Both the position numbers and the translations under genes were made by a program. A stretch of 64,000 bases of DNA from an uncultured Chloroflexia bacterium (lineage in GTDB: Bacteria > Chloroflexota > Limnocylindria > Limnocylindrales > CSP1-4), in assembly GCA_963712585.1 (NCBI GenBank), contig CAVQIH010000007.1, positions 8,227-72,226 on the forward strand, read 5' to 3'. Below are positions 40,020 through 49,690 of the stretch, in pieces. Below the pieces are notes generated by a model, which saw nothing but the letters and a program-made list of their open reading frames with translations, was not told the DNA's origin and did no database searches. Positions within the stretch are counted from its first letter, which is position 1, and each line of letters begins with the position of its first letter.

Positions 40020-40502
40020 CTATTGGACGGTCTGTTGATCGCGAGCAAAGAGATCGAGGAGCTGGAGGCGCGTTGCGGTCAGGCGCCGCGCGACGACCTG
40101 GATCAGGCGGGGATAGAGGACCGCGGCGAGCGCGGCGTCTTCGCGGAGGGCGTTGCGGAGCTCGGCGCCGTCGAACGAGACGGCGACGACGGGCTCGATG
40201 GCGATGACCGTCGAGCTGGCCCGGTAGGGCGGCACGATCGCCGACCAGCCGAAGACGTCGCCCTCCTCCACGGTGAGGATCGTGACCATGCCGCGCTCGG
40301 GGACCAGCGTGCGCAGGGCGACCCGGCCCTCGAGCACGATGCCGAGCTCTGAGGTGACCTCGCCTTCGACGAGGATCTCGGTCCCGGCGGCGATGCTCTC
40401 CTTGCGAGCGATCGACGCCAGGCGCGTCTGGGCGGCGGCCGGAAGGCCCGAGCCGAACCACGTCGCATTGAGCGCTGCGACAAGCGATGCGAGTTCGTCC
40501 AT
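40020..40502 (-). CDS. stand-alone cyclic-nucleotide-binding (Crp-like sensor) protein
   Basis: EGE...VLEGRV, GDVFGWSAI, C-helix RRLTATRLQLLDLF; no HTH. Confidence 0.82.
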   Translation of the reverse strand: MDELASLVAALNATWFGSGLPAAAQTRLASIARKESIAAGTEILVEGEVTSELGIVLEGRVALRTLVPERGMVTILTVEEGDVFGWSAIVPPYRASSTVIAIEPVVAVSFDGAELRNALREDAALAAVLYPRLIQVVARRLTATRLQLLDLFARDQQTVQ

Positions 40503-40538
40503 GCCGCCACCGTACCGTTCGGCGGACCTGAACTGGGA

Positions 40539-40575
40539 GGGCCGTTCGGAGGCTCCCCGGGGGCCGTTGGTCCCC
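40539..40575 (-). promoter_or_regulatory. tandem DosR/DevR-like boxes upstream of the cNMP-hyd operon
   Basis: GGGGACCAACGGCCCC (minus strand, 40560-40575) plus a second GGGCCGTT half-site 22 bp away; TACGGT -10 lies 6 nt before ATG 40502. Confidence 0.4.
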
Positions 40576-40593
40576 GCGGGAGCGGGTCGACCT

Positions 40594-41127
40594 CTAGACC
40601 TCCTTCTTGCGCACGCGGTCTGCGCGACCGCGACGCGGCGCGGGCCGACCGGCGGGGTACGGTTCGCCGGCGAGGTGCGCGATCTCGGCGGCGATGCGGG
40701 CCGTCAGCTCGGGCAAGGCCGCGGCGACCGCGGGCGAGAGAGGGTCGCCGAGCCCGAAGGAGGAACCGCCCATGCCGACGAACGTCCCGGAGGGCGGCTC
40801 CCCGCGGAGGACCGCGGCGAGGGCGAGCACCTGCTCGACCGGGAGTGCATGAGACGACCGCGGGCCGCCGCCGGCTGCGCGGCCGGCGACACGCTCCAGC
40901 GGCAGGGTGACGACGGTGCCGGGTCGGACTCCGACGGCGGCATCGACGATGACGCAAGGGGTGCCGAGAGGGAGCTCGAGGAGGGCTTCGACCTCGAGCT
41001 GGCCGCAGTAGCGCACGTCGGCCAGCCGTGCGGCGCGATCCGGCAGCGCCCGTACCGCCGCGAACGCGAGGGCGTCGTCCCCACGCTCGGGCTCACCACA
41101 GACGAGTACCGGCACCCTGGTCATCAT
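40594..41127 (-). CDS. hydrogenase maturation protease
   Basis: GEPERGDDA, IVDAA, SSHAL, LSPAV motifs (HybD/HycI family). Confidence 0.8.
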   Translation of the reverse strand: MMTRVPVLVCGEPERGDDALAFAAVRALPDRAARLADVRYCGQLEVEALLELPLGTPCVIVDAAVGVRPGTVVTLPLERVAGRAAGGGPRSSHALPVEQVLALAAVLRGEPPSGTFVGMGGSSFGLGDPLSPAVAAALPELTARIAAEIAHLAGEPYPAGRPAPRRGRADRVRKKEV

Positions 41128-41315
41128 GCCTGCTCGAACCGGACCTCAAGGGAGCAGGCCGCAGCGGTGCGGGGGCCGCCGGATCGGCTGCTCATCATGC
41201 TGGGCTCGTCGCGAGCCGTCCTCTGTCGGCTCTCAACGATACCCGCAGGGACGGCAGCTCCCTCCGTCCCGTCAGTCTCGCAGGCTGGGTCGTTCGACCC
41301 GGCGCCCGGGACGTG

Positions 41316-41726
41316 CTACAGGCTCGGAACCTCCAGCAGGAGCGGCACGCCCAAGATCTCCCGTGCCCGCGCCTCGTCGTCGACCGAGAACGCGATGTCC
41401 ACGAGACCGTCGTGGTGTCCCACGATGAGCACCCCGTGGATGTTGACCCCGGCCGAAGCCAGCTTCTCCGTCAGCGACGCGAGGGCACCCGGCCGGTCCT
41501 CCGTGTCGACGACGAAGGCCTCGCCCTGGATGAACTCGACACCGATGCTATGGAGCACCTCCTGGGTCGCGGCAACATCGTCGGTTGCGAGGACGACCGA
41601 CCCGCAGTCGCCGGCCCCGCAGGCCACGATGTGACGGATGTTGATGCCCCGCGCGGCCAGCGCTCGGGCGAGGTGGGCGAGCTCCCCTGGCCGGTTGGGG
41701 ATCGCGACGACGAACGGCTGGACCAT
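41316..41726 (-). CDS. tandem ACT-domain protein
   Basis: PNRPGEL...GINI and EDRPGAL...GVNI. Confidence 0.8.
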   Translation of the reverse strand: MVQPFVVAIPNRPGELAHLARALAARGINIRHIVACGAGDCGSVVLATDDVAATQEVLHSIGVEFIQGEAFVVDTEDRPGALASLTEKLASAGVNIHGVLIVGHHDGLVDIAFSVDDEARAREILGVPLLLEVPSL

Positions 41727-41738
41727 GGCTGCCTCCGC

Positions 41739-42110
41739 TCAGTCCCTGGACGCATCGGGTCCCGTACCCGCTGCAGTCTCGATCGCCTCCAGGTAGGAGG
41801 CATCTCCAGCGCTCAGGTCGATCTCCCAGCTCCGGCACATCGGGCAGCCGGTCGGCACCTCGGGCGCGGGCGAGGTCGCCCCACAGGCAAGGCAGCGGAG
41901 CTGGCTCGGTTCGTGGCGGACGTGGAGGACCGCGCCCTCCGCAGGCGTGCCCTGGCAGAGGTCGTCCCAGTACTGGCGGATGGCTTCCTCGGCCACCCCG
42001 GATCGTTCGCCGATGACGACGAAGACGTCGGTGACGCGGCCCTCGCGGGCTGCCTTTGCCTCGGCCAGGACGCTCCCCAGGAGGTGCTCGGTGAGGCCGT
42101 GCTCATGCAT
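41739..42110 (-). CDS. hypA: hydrogenase nickel metallochaperone HypA
   Basis: MHE start, CLAC and CPMC zinc finger. Confidence 0.9.
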   Translation of the reverse strand: MHEHGLTEHLLGSVLAEAKAAREGRVTDVFVVIGERSGVAEEAIRQYWDDLCQGTPAEGAVLHVRHEPSQLRCLACGATSPAPEVPTGCPMCRSWEIDLSAGDASYLEAIETAAGTGPDASRD

Positions 42111-42627
42111 GCGCGGTCGCCTCCCGCGGCCGGGCGGCAAGGAGCGCGGCGAGCGCCGCCACCGCCCGCGGCACCGCCGCGGCAACCGGCGCCGACAACT
42201 CGTCGCCGAAGTCGTAGACCCGCCGCGCTCCGACTGAGACCACCCAGACCTCGCCGGGCAGCTGCGCTCCGAGCGAGCGGCCCGTTGCCAGCGCTGTGTG
42301 GAGCGAAGTGTCGTGGGCGGAGCCAAGATGGCCAGCCGTCGGATCAGGCAGGTCGTCCAGGAGCCGGCAGGTGACCTCGCCAACCCGAACGTCTGGGCTG
42401 GCGAGAGCATCCACGAGAATGGCCCGCTCGTAGCCGACGAGCCGCTCCATCAGCGTGAGGCCGCCGACGGATAGCTGCTCGAGCTCGACGGTCTGCGGGT
42501 TGATCGGGCCTGTCGCCAGCTGGTCCGGCGCCCCGGCGATGACTCGCGCGAGCTCGTCAACGACGCGCCAACCGACTCCATCGTCGCCGAGGAGTGGATT
42601 GCCCAAGCCCACGACGAGCGTCGTCAT
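42103..42627 (-). CDS. hydrogenase maturation protease
   Basis: GLGNPLLGDDGVG, LVDA, SAHD, LSAPV. Confidence 0.9.
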   Translation of the reverse strand: MTTLVVGLGNPLLGDDGVGWRVVDELARVIAGAPDQLATGPINPQTVELEQLSVGGLTLMERLVGYERAILVDALASPDVRVGEVTCRLLDDLPDPTAGHLGSAHDTSLHTALATGRSLGAQLPGEVWVVSVGARRVYDFGDELSAPVAAAVPRAVAALAALLAARPREATAHA

Positions 42628-42633
42628 GGCTCA

Positions 42634-44136
42634 TCAACAGAACTGGCGGAGGACGTCGACCACGTCGCCCTGGGCGATCGCGGATGGTGACTTCCAGCGG
42701 CATCTGCCCGGGCAGCGAGTGGGTGGCGCAGCCGAAGCACGGGATCGTAGAGGCGGAAGGCCATCTCGACCCGGTTCAGGAGTCCTTCGGTGACGATCGT
42801 ACCGCGTGGATCAGGCTCGCCGCCGCCTTGCGGATCGACATCGCTGATCGGGGCGTAGTTGTTGGTCGTGCCGACGATCAGGTTCACCTTCGTCACGATG
42901 CCGCGCTCGTCGGTCCAGTAGTGATGGGTGAGCGTGCCGCGCGGCGCCTCGACCGTGCCGACGCCCTCGGTCGGCGTCGCGGTTGGGACGGCGTGGACGT
43001 TGGGCGAGGTGATCTCGGGGTCGGTCGCCAGCTCCACGATGCGCTCGGCGGCGTAGAGCAACTCGATCGAGCCGGGCCCAGTGGGTCGCCAGGCGCTGGT
43101 GGACTTGCCGCTTGCGGCCTGCGGTGGGCTCGGCCGGCGCGAGGGTGGCGTAGAACCGCTCGTACTCCTCCTGGGCCCGCGGGGTCGCCATCCCGTCGGC
43201 GGCGTTGAGGCGGGAGAGTGGCGTGGCGCAGTAGACGCCGGAGTCCGGACCGTCAACGAAGCCCTTCCAGCCGACCTTCTCAGGTAGGGGAACTTGAGGT
43301 AGGTCCAGGGCTCGACGCGCTCGGCGATCCAGTCGTTGGTAGTCGGCCGGCGCGTACATCCCGATCCGCTCGCCGTCGGGCGACGACCACGCTCACCGTC
43401 CCGTCGTAGAAGTTGACCTTGCTTCGCCTCGTCGACCAGGCCGATGTAGTAGGTCTCGATGGGTGTACGTGTCGCCCAGGATCAGATCGCGGTAGGCGGG
43501 GTTGCCCATCACGATGTCGTCGAAGAGCGCAGGCTGAGGACCGGCGAAGTCGATCGCCCAGCGGCCCATCGCCTCGATCTCGACTCGCTGCTCCTCGGTG
43601 ATGCCCTTGGTCAGCCCGCCCGGGATCGAGGTGGCAGGGATGGATCTTGCGACCCGCCGATCGATCTCGATGATGTGCGTGACCGTGCTTGCGGGCCTGG
43701 ATGACCTGGCCGCCGATCTCGAGGCCGACCTTGTGGATGCACGCCGAGGATGTTGCGCTCGGCGACCGGCGCGTCCGGACCCATGATGAAGTCGGGCCCG
43801 GCGAGCGCGTAGAAGTGGGTCGTGTGATCGGTGAAGTAGAAGCCGCTGTAGAGGAGCTCGCGCAGGAGCTTGGCGGGCCGCGGCGGATCGACGTGGTAGA
43901 CCGCGTCGACGGCCTTGGCGGCGGCCATGTGGTGGGCCTCGGGGCAGACGCCGCAGATGCGGTTGGTCAGGAGCGGCATCTCCTCGACCGGCCGGCCCGA
44001 CGCAGAACCGCTCGAAGCCGCGCAGCTCGGGGATCTGGAAGTAGGTGTTGGCGACCTCGCCCTCCTCGTCGAGGAAGATCTCGATCTTGCCGTGGCCTTC
44101 GAGGCGGGTGATCGGGTCGATGGTGATGCGCTGCAT
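42634..44136 (-). CDS. mvhA: F420-non-reducing (group 3c) [NiFe]-hydrogenase large subunit, multiple frameshifts
   Basis: IDPITRLEGHGKI, ELRGFE, L1 RICGVC, FYALAGPD, EAPRG, VGTTNN, L2 reconstructed as YDPCFGCATH across an indel. Confidence 0.85.
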
Positions 44137-44146
44137 CGGTCTCCTC

Positions 44147-45158
44147 CTACTTCGCGGCCGCTGACCAGGCCGGCCGTGCCGGCGCGCAGGAGCGAGCGGG
44201 CGAGGCTGAAGCGGTAGAACTGGCCGGCAGGATCGGGAAGCCTGTCCAGGATCCGCTCGATCTCGGCCGGATCGCGGGCGTCGATCGACCGAGGCGAAGG
44301 CCGACATCAGCCGGGCGCCGTAGTCGATGACGCCGTCGGCGCGCGCCGTAGCAGCCGATGCACTGGGCGCCGGCCTTCGGGCACAGCGCACCACAGCCGT
44401 CGCGCGTCGCCGGGCCGTTGCAGGGGACGCCCTGCTCGAGCAGGCAGAGCGTCGGGTCGGGCTCGGCGAGGTCCTGGATCCGGTGAACCGCGTGATCTTC
44501 TTGACGTTCCGCGTCGCGCGGGCACTCGTCGCAGACGGTCGACGTGCCGGCGCCGATGATCGCGCCCGGCGGCGGCAGCTCGGCCTCGCCGTCGAGCGAC
44601 CGCGATGACCATGTCGACGACCGCGGCGATCTGGTGGGACTCGGGCGGGCAGCCGGGGACGTAGTAGTCGACCGGGACGACCTGGTCGAGCGTCTTGCAG
44701 CGACCGGGTAGAACGTCGGGCAGGTGGAGCTCGCCCTCGGGCGCCTGCCAGACCGGCATGCGGCCGGATGCCGTTCGGGTTGTCGGTGGTGGAGCCGTGC
44801 GTAGGCGGCGTCGAAGATCGCCTCGGGGCTGCCGAGGTTCGCCAGGCCGGGGATGCAGCCTTCGCTGGCGCAGGAGCCGAAGGCCACCAGGATCTGCGAC
44901 TTGCGGCGCAGGAGGTGCGCCAGCTCCTCGTTCTCGCTGTTGCGGATGCCGCCGTTGAAGAGGGTCAGCAGGATCGAGCCGTCGTCCATGGCCTCGACGT
45001 CCTTGTACTTGGCGTCCATCGCGCACGGCCAGAAGACGACGTCGAAGCGGTCGTCGACCTCGAGGATCTTCTCGCCGATGTTGAGGACGGCGATCTCGCA
45101 GCCGCCGCACGCCGGCGGCCCAGTACATGGCGAGCTTGGGCTTGCCGTTGTCGGTCAC
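44147..45158 (-). CDS. mvhG: F420-non-reducing hydrogenase small subunit, frameshifted
   Basis: YWAA(G)[58 protein letters not shown]. Confidence 0.85.
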
Positions 45159-45752
45159 GCCGGCACCTCCTCGGGAGTTGCCTCGGCCGCCGCTGCGACC
45201 GTCGCGTCGAGTCCGGGCGCGTCGCCCGGATCGAGCCCGATGGCGGCCACGACGCGATCCGCGAGCGCTGCCCGGCCCCCGCCAGTCGAGCGGCCCGAGG
45301 GCGCGGACTTCCTCGACGAAGATGCCGATCTCCTCGGCCAGGCGGACGCCCTCGGCGGCGCTCGCCCAGACCAGCTTCAGCCGACCGGGCTCGAATGCCG
45401 AACTCGGCGAGCGTGCGCTGGAGAAGCTGGAAGCGGCGCAGGGCCTTGTAGTTCTGCTCGATGTAGTGGCATTCGCCAGGGTGGCAGCCGGTGACCAGCA
45501 CGCCGTCGGCGCCCGCAGGCAAATGCCTTGAGCACGAAGGTCGGGTCCAGCCGGCCCGAGCACATGAGCCGGATCAGCCGGATGTTGGGCGGGTACTTGA
45601 CGCGTGCCGTGCCGGCCAGGTCGGCGGCCCGGTAGCTGCACCAGTTGCAGGTGAAGCCGATGATGACCGGCTCGAAGGTGGTGGCCGGAGCTCGCGCCCG
45701 GGCGCGAGAGATCGAGGGCGGGCGTGTCCTCCACGGTTGCCTCGCTGGTCAT
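45155..45752 (-). CDS. mvhD: methyl-viologen-reducing hydrogenase delta subunit (2Fe-2S), frameshifted
   Basis: [47 protein letters not shown]. Confidence 0.88.
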
Positions 45753-47817
45753 GCGGGCACCGCCTCGAGGGTGTGCGTGGGTTCCGGTTCCGGCGCCTTG
45801 GCCCCAACGTTGACGCATGAGCAGGCCCTCGATCTGCGCCAGGATCTGCTCGTTGCTGAAGCCGGTTCCGCTGATGGCGCCGGCCGGGCAGGCCGCCACG
45901 CAGGTGCCGCAGCCCTGGCAGAGGGCCGGGTTGATCTCGGTCACCCATGCGGTCCTCGTGGAAGCTGATGGCGTTGAAGGGGCAGAGGTCGTTGCAGATG
46001 CGGCAGCCCGAGCAGTGCTCCTCGTCGACGCTGGCCCGGATCGGCTCGAGGGCGATCTCGCCCTGCTGGATGCGGCCGAGGACGCGCGCCGACGGCGGCG
46101 GCGCCCTGCGCCACCGAGGCCGGGATGTCCTTCGGCCCCTGGACGCAGCCGGCGATGAAGATGCCCTCGGTCATCGTGGCGACCGGATCGAGCTTGGGGT
46201 GCTTCTCGATGCAGCCAGCCGTCGGAGCTGCAGGAGATGCCGAAGAGTCTTGGCCACCTCCTTGGCGTCGTGGCGCGGCTCCAGGCCGGCCGAGAGGATG
46301 ACCATGTCGACCGGGATGCGCCGCTGCCTGCCGGCCAGGGTGTCCTCCGACCTGGACGATGAGCTTGCCCTCTTCGTCCGGGCTCGCGGGCCGCGTCGGT
46401 GACCTCGGCGACCTTGCCGCGGACGAAGATCGTGCCCTCTTCCAGGACCCGCTGGTAGAACTCGTCGTAGGCCTTGGCCGGCGTCCGCATGTCGATGTAG
46501 AAGTTGTAGACGGTCGCGCCGGTGTGCTCCTTGACGAGGTGGGCGAACTTGAGGCTCTGCATGCAGCAGATCGCCGAGCAGTAGTTGTTGTAGTTGCGGT
46601 CGCGGCTGCCGACGCAGTGGATGATGCCGACCGTCTTGGGCTCGGTCACGCCGTCGCGCAGGACGATCTTGCCGTTGGTCGGCCCGGCGGCGTTGCTCAG
46701 GCCGCTCGAACTCCAGGCTGGTGAAGACGTTCGGCAGCCGGCCGTAGCCGTACTGCGCGATCCGGCGGGCATCGAAGAGGTCGTAGCCGGTCGCCAGGAT
46801 GATGTTGCCGACCTCGACGTCTCATGGATCTCGTCCTCCTGGTCGAAGTCGATCGCGCCGGTCGGGCAGAACTTCTCGCAGGCCTTGCAGGTGCCCTTGA
46901 GGAAGTAGGTGCAGTTGGCTCGTGTCGATGACCGGGTACTTGGGCACGGCCTGGGGGAAGGGCGTGTAGACCGCCTTGCGGTAGCCCAGGCCGGCCTCGA
47001 AGACCTCGTCGATGACCTTCTTGGGGCATTTCTCCTGGCAGATGCCGCAGCCGGTGCACAGCTCCTCGTCGACGTAGCGGGCCTTGCTTGCGGATCGTGA
47101 CGGTGAAGTTGCCGACGTAGCCCTCGACCTCGCTCGACCTCGCTCCAGGTGAGCAGGGTGATGTTGGGGTGGCTGCCCGACCGAGACCATCCGCGGCGTC
47201 AGGATGCAGGCCGCGCAGTCGAGGGTCGGGAAGGTCTTGTCGAACTGGGCCATGTGCCCGCCGATCGAGGGCTCGCGCTCCACCAGGTAGACGTGGAAGC
47301 CGGCGTCGGCGATCTCCAGGGCGGCCTGGATGCCGGCGATGCCGCCGCCGACGACCAGCGTGGCCGGGTGGATCGGCACGTGCAGCGGCTCGAGCGGCTC
47401 GTGGTGCAGGACCCGCTCGACGCCGCCGGCGACGATCGCCTTGGCCTTCTCGGTGGCGGCGGCCTTGTCCGTGTGCACCCAGGAGACCTGCTCGCGGATG
47501 GAGACCAGCTCGCACAGGTAGGGGTTCAGGCCGGCCCTTGGCGCAGGCGGTGCGGAAGGTCTGCTCGTGCAGGTGCGGCGAGCAGGCCGCCACGACGACG
47601 CGGGTCAGGCCCAGCTCCTCGATGTCCTTCTCGATCAGCTCCTGGCCGAGGCTGGAGCACATGAACTTGTAGTCGCGCGCGACGACGACGCCGCGGTCGC
47701 GGCAGGCTGCTCGGCGGCCCAGTCGCGCGACCTCCTCGACGTCGACCATGCCGGCGATGTTGGTGCCGCAGTGGCAGACGTAGACGCCGATGCGGGGCTC
47801 CTGCGGTGCTCGGTCAT
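45749..47817 (-). CDS. hdrA: heterodisulfide reductase subunit A (FAD/Fe-S, bifurcating), frameshifted
   Basis: [92 protein letters not shown]. Confidence 0.9.
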
Positions 47818-48832
47818 CCGCTGCACCTCGTCGTCAACTCCTGGCATGCGCGGCATCGGGAGGCCCTGCGTCTTCTTGGGCTTGTGCGGGCGCGGCCGGG
47901 CCCGAGGCTTCCTCGCGGCGGCGGCATCTCCACGCCGATCCGGGCCGAGCGCCGGGCCTGGCATCGACCAACTCGCGGCCGAACCCCAGCGCCTCGGGCT
48001 TCGATGCCCGAAGGCCAGGCCCATCAGCTGGGTGAAGAACAGGATCGGCATCTTGTAGTTCGTCTTGAAGTGGCGGTTCATCTCGCCCTGGTAGGCGTCG
48101 AGGTTCATCTGGCACATCGGGCAGACGCGTGACCATCATGTCGGCGCCGAGCCTGCGTCGGCCGTATGCGACGAGCCGCCGGATCAGCTCGAAGGCCGTC
48201 GGCGGGCTGATCTGGGTCATGTGCCCGCCGCAGCAGTCGGTCTTCAGCGGGAAGTCGATGACCTCCGCGCCGAGCGCCGCGAGGAGCTGGTCCGAACTCC
48301 GTCGGGATGCTCGTGATCGGTCCAAGCGCTGGTCGTAGTCGGGCCGCGGCACCATGCAGCCCAGGTAGGGCGCCACGCGCAGGCCCTTGAGCGGCCGGAC
48401 CACCTTGCGCCGCACGGCGTCCAGGCCGACGTCGTTGACGATGACGTCCAGCAGGTGGCGGATCTCGAGCGACCCGGGCGTGTAGTGCAAGGCCGCCGGC
48501 CGCCAGCGCCTCGTTGACTTGCCCGCCGAAGGCCGGGCTCTCGGCCATGTAGTGGTCGGCCTTGGCCAGGTTGAGGTAGCAGGCGCTGCACGGCGCGACG
48601 ACGGTTCGGGACCCGTTGGCCTGGCTGCTCGGCGAGGGCCAGGTTGCGGGCGATCAGCGCGTAGGCCGGCGTCAGGCTGACGCCCAGGTACTCGGTCGCG
48701 CCGCAGCAGTTCCAGTCGTCGATCTCCTGAGCTCGATGCCGAGCGGGCTCGGCGATGGCCATCAGCGATTCGTGGTAGGACGCGCGCGCTCGAGTCCATC
48801 GAGCAGCCCGGGTAGTAGAGGTAGCTGGTCAT
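47814..48832 (-). CDS. hdrB: heterodisulfide reductase subunit B (CCG domains), frameshifted
   Basis: YYPGCS, DWNCCGA, PCSAC, YLGC, DCCGG, CPMCQMNLD, PILFFTQLMGLA. Confidence 0.88.
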
Positions 48833-49451
48833 GGCGCCGCCTCCAGTTCCTTGGCCCTGGCCAGGATCGCCTGCAGCTGCTCGATGCCCTCGATCCGGTG
48901 CGGGGCGTGATCGCCATCCGCCCCTTGGTGAGCATCCCCAGCCCCATCGGCGCCATGCCGGGCAGGCGGCGAGCGGGAAGTGGCGCATGAAGTAGTGGCG
49001 AGGCCAGGCCGAACTCGAAGCTGCGGCCGTAGTTCTCGACGATGCCGACGAAGGTCTGCGAGAAATCGGGCGCGGTCGAGTCCTGGTACAGCTTGCTCCG
49101 GATGGCCATGCTCTTGAGGGTGTACATCACGTCGGTGATGTGCACCTCCTGCGGGCAGCGCACCACGCAGTAGGTAGCAGGAGACGCAGATCCAGGGCGT
49201 GTTGCTGCGCAGCACCTCTTCGCGCATTCCGGCCGCGGATCATGGCGAACAGCATGCCGCGGCGTGTGGTCCATGTCCGCGGCGGATGGACAGGAGCCGC
49301 CGCAGGTGCCGCACTGGATGCACATGCCAAGCCGGCAGTCACCGGGGGTGTTGGCGATGACTTCGTCGATGAACGCCGGATAGGCCGGAGGTTGTTCCGG
49401 ACGTACGGGCGGTGTCCGGACGAGCGGGGCGGGGGGCGCCTCTACTGCCAT
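48829..49451 (-). CDS. hdrC: heterodisulfide reductase subunit C (2x4Fe-4S), frameshifted
   Basis: CIQCGTCGGSCP, WICVSCY.C..RCPQ. Confidence 0.85.
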
Positions 49452-49690
49452 GGTCAAGGGAGTACCTCTTCACCGTGGGATCGCCCTTGAGGCGGTCCCG
49501 GGAGCGGATGCGGTAGGTCCTGTCGTCGACCGGGACGTGATTCGAATCTCGTCGTCACCCTCATCGCCAGCAAGTGACGGATGGCCCATAAACGGCAGGA
49601 GCCACTCCGGGACCCCCGGTGAAGACGGCGGCTGCCCGGCCGGTCCGTCCGCCGTGCAAGCTGTCACCGCGGCGGGCAGACTGAGACGTC

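Noticed and set aside
42634-47817. Selenocysteine recoding or programmed frameshifting in mvhA/mvhD/hdrA
   Set aside because: The Cys positions checked are TGC codons, and the breaks are numerous scattered indels without slippery-site logic.
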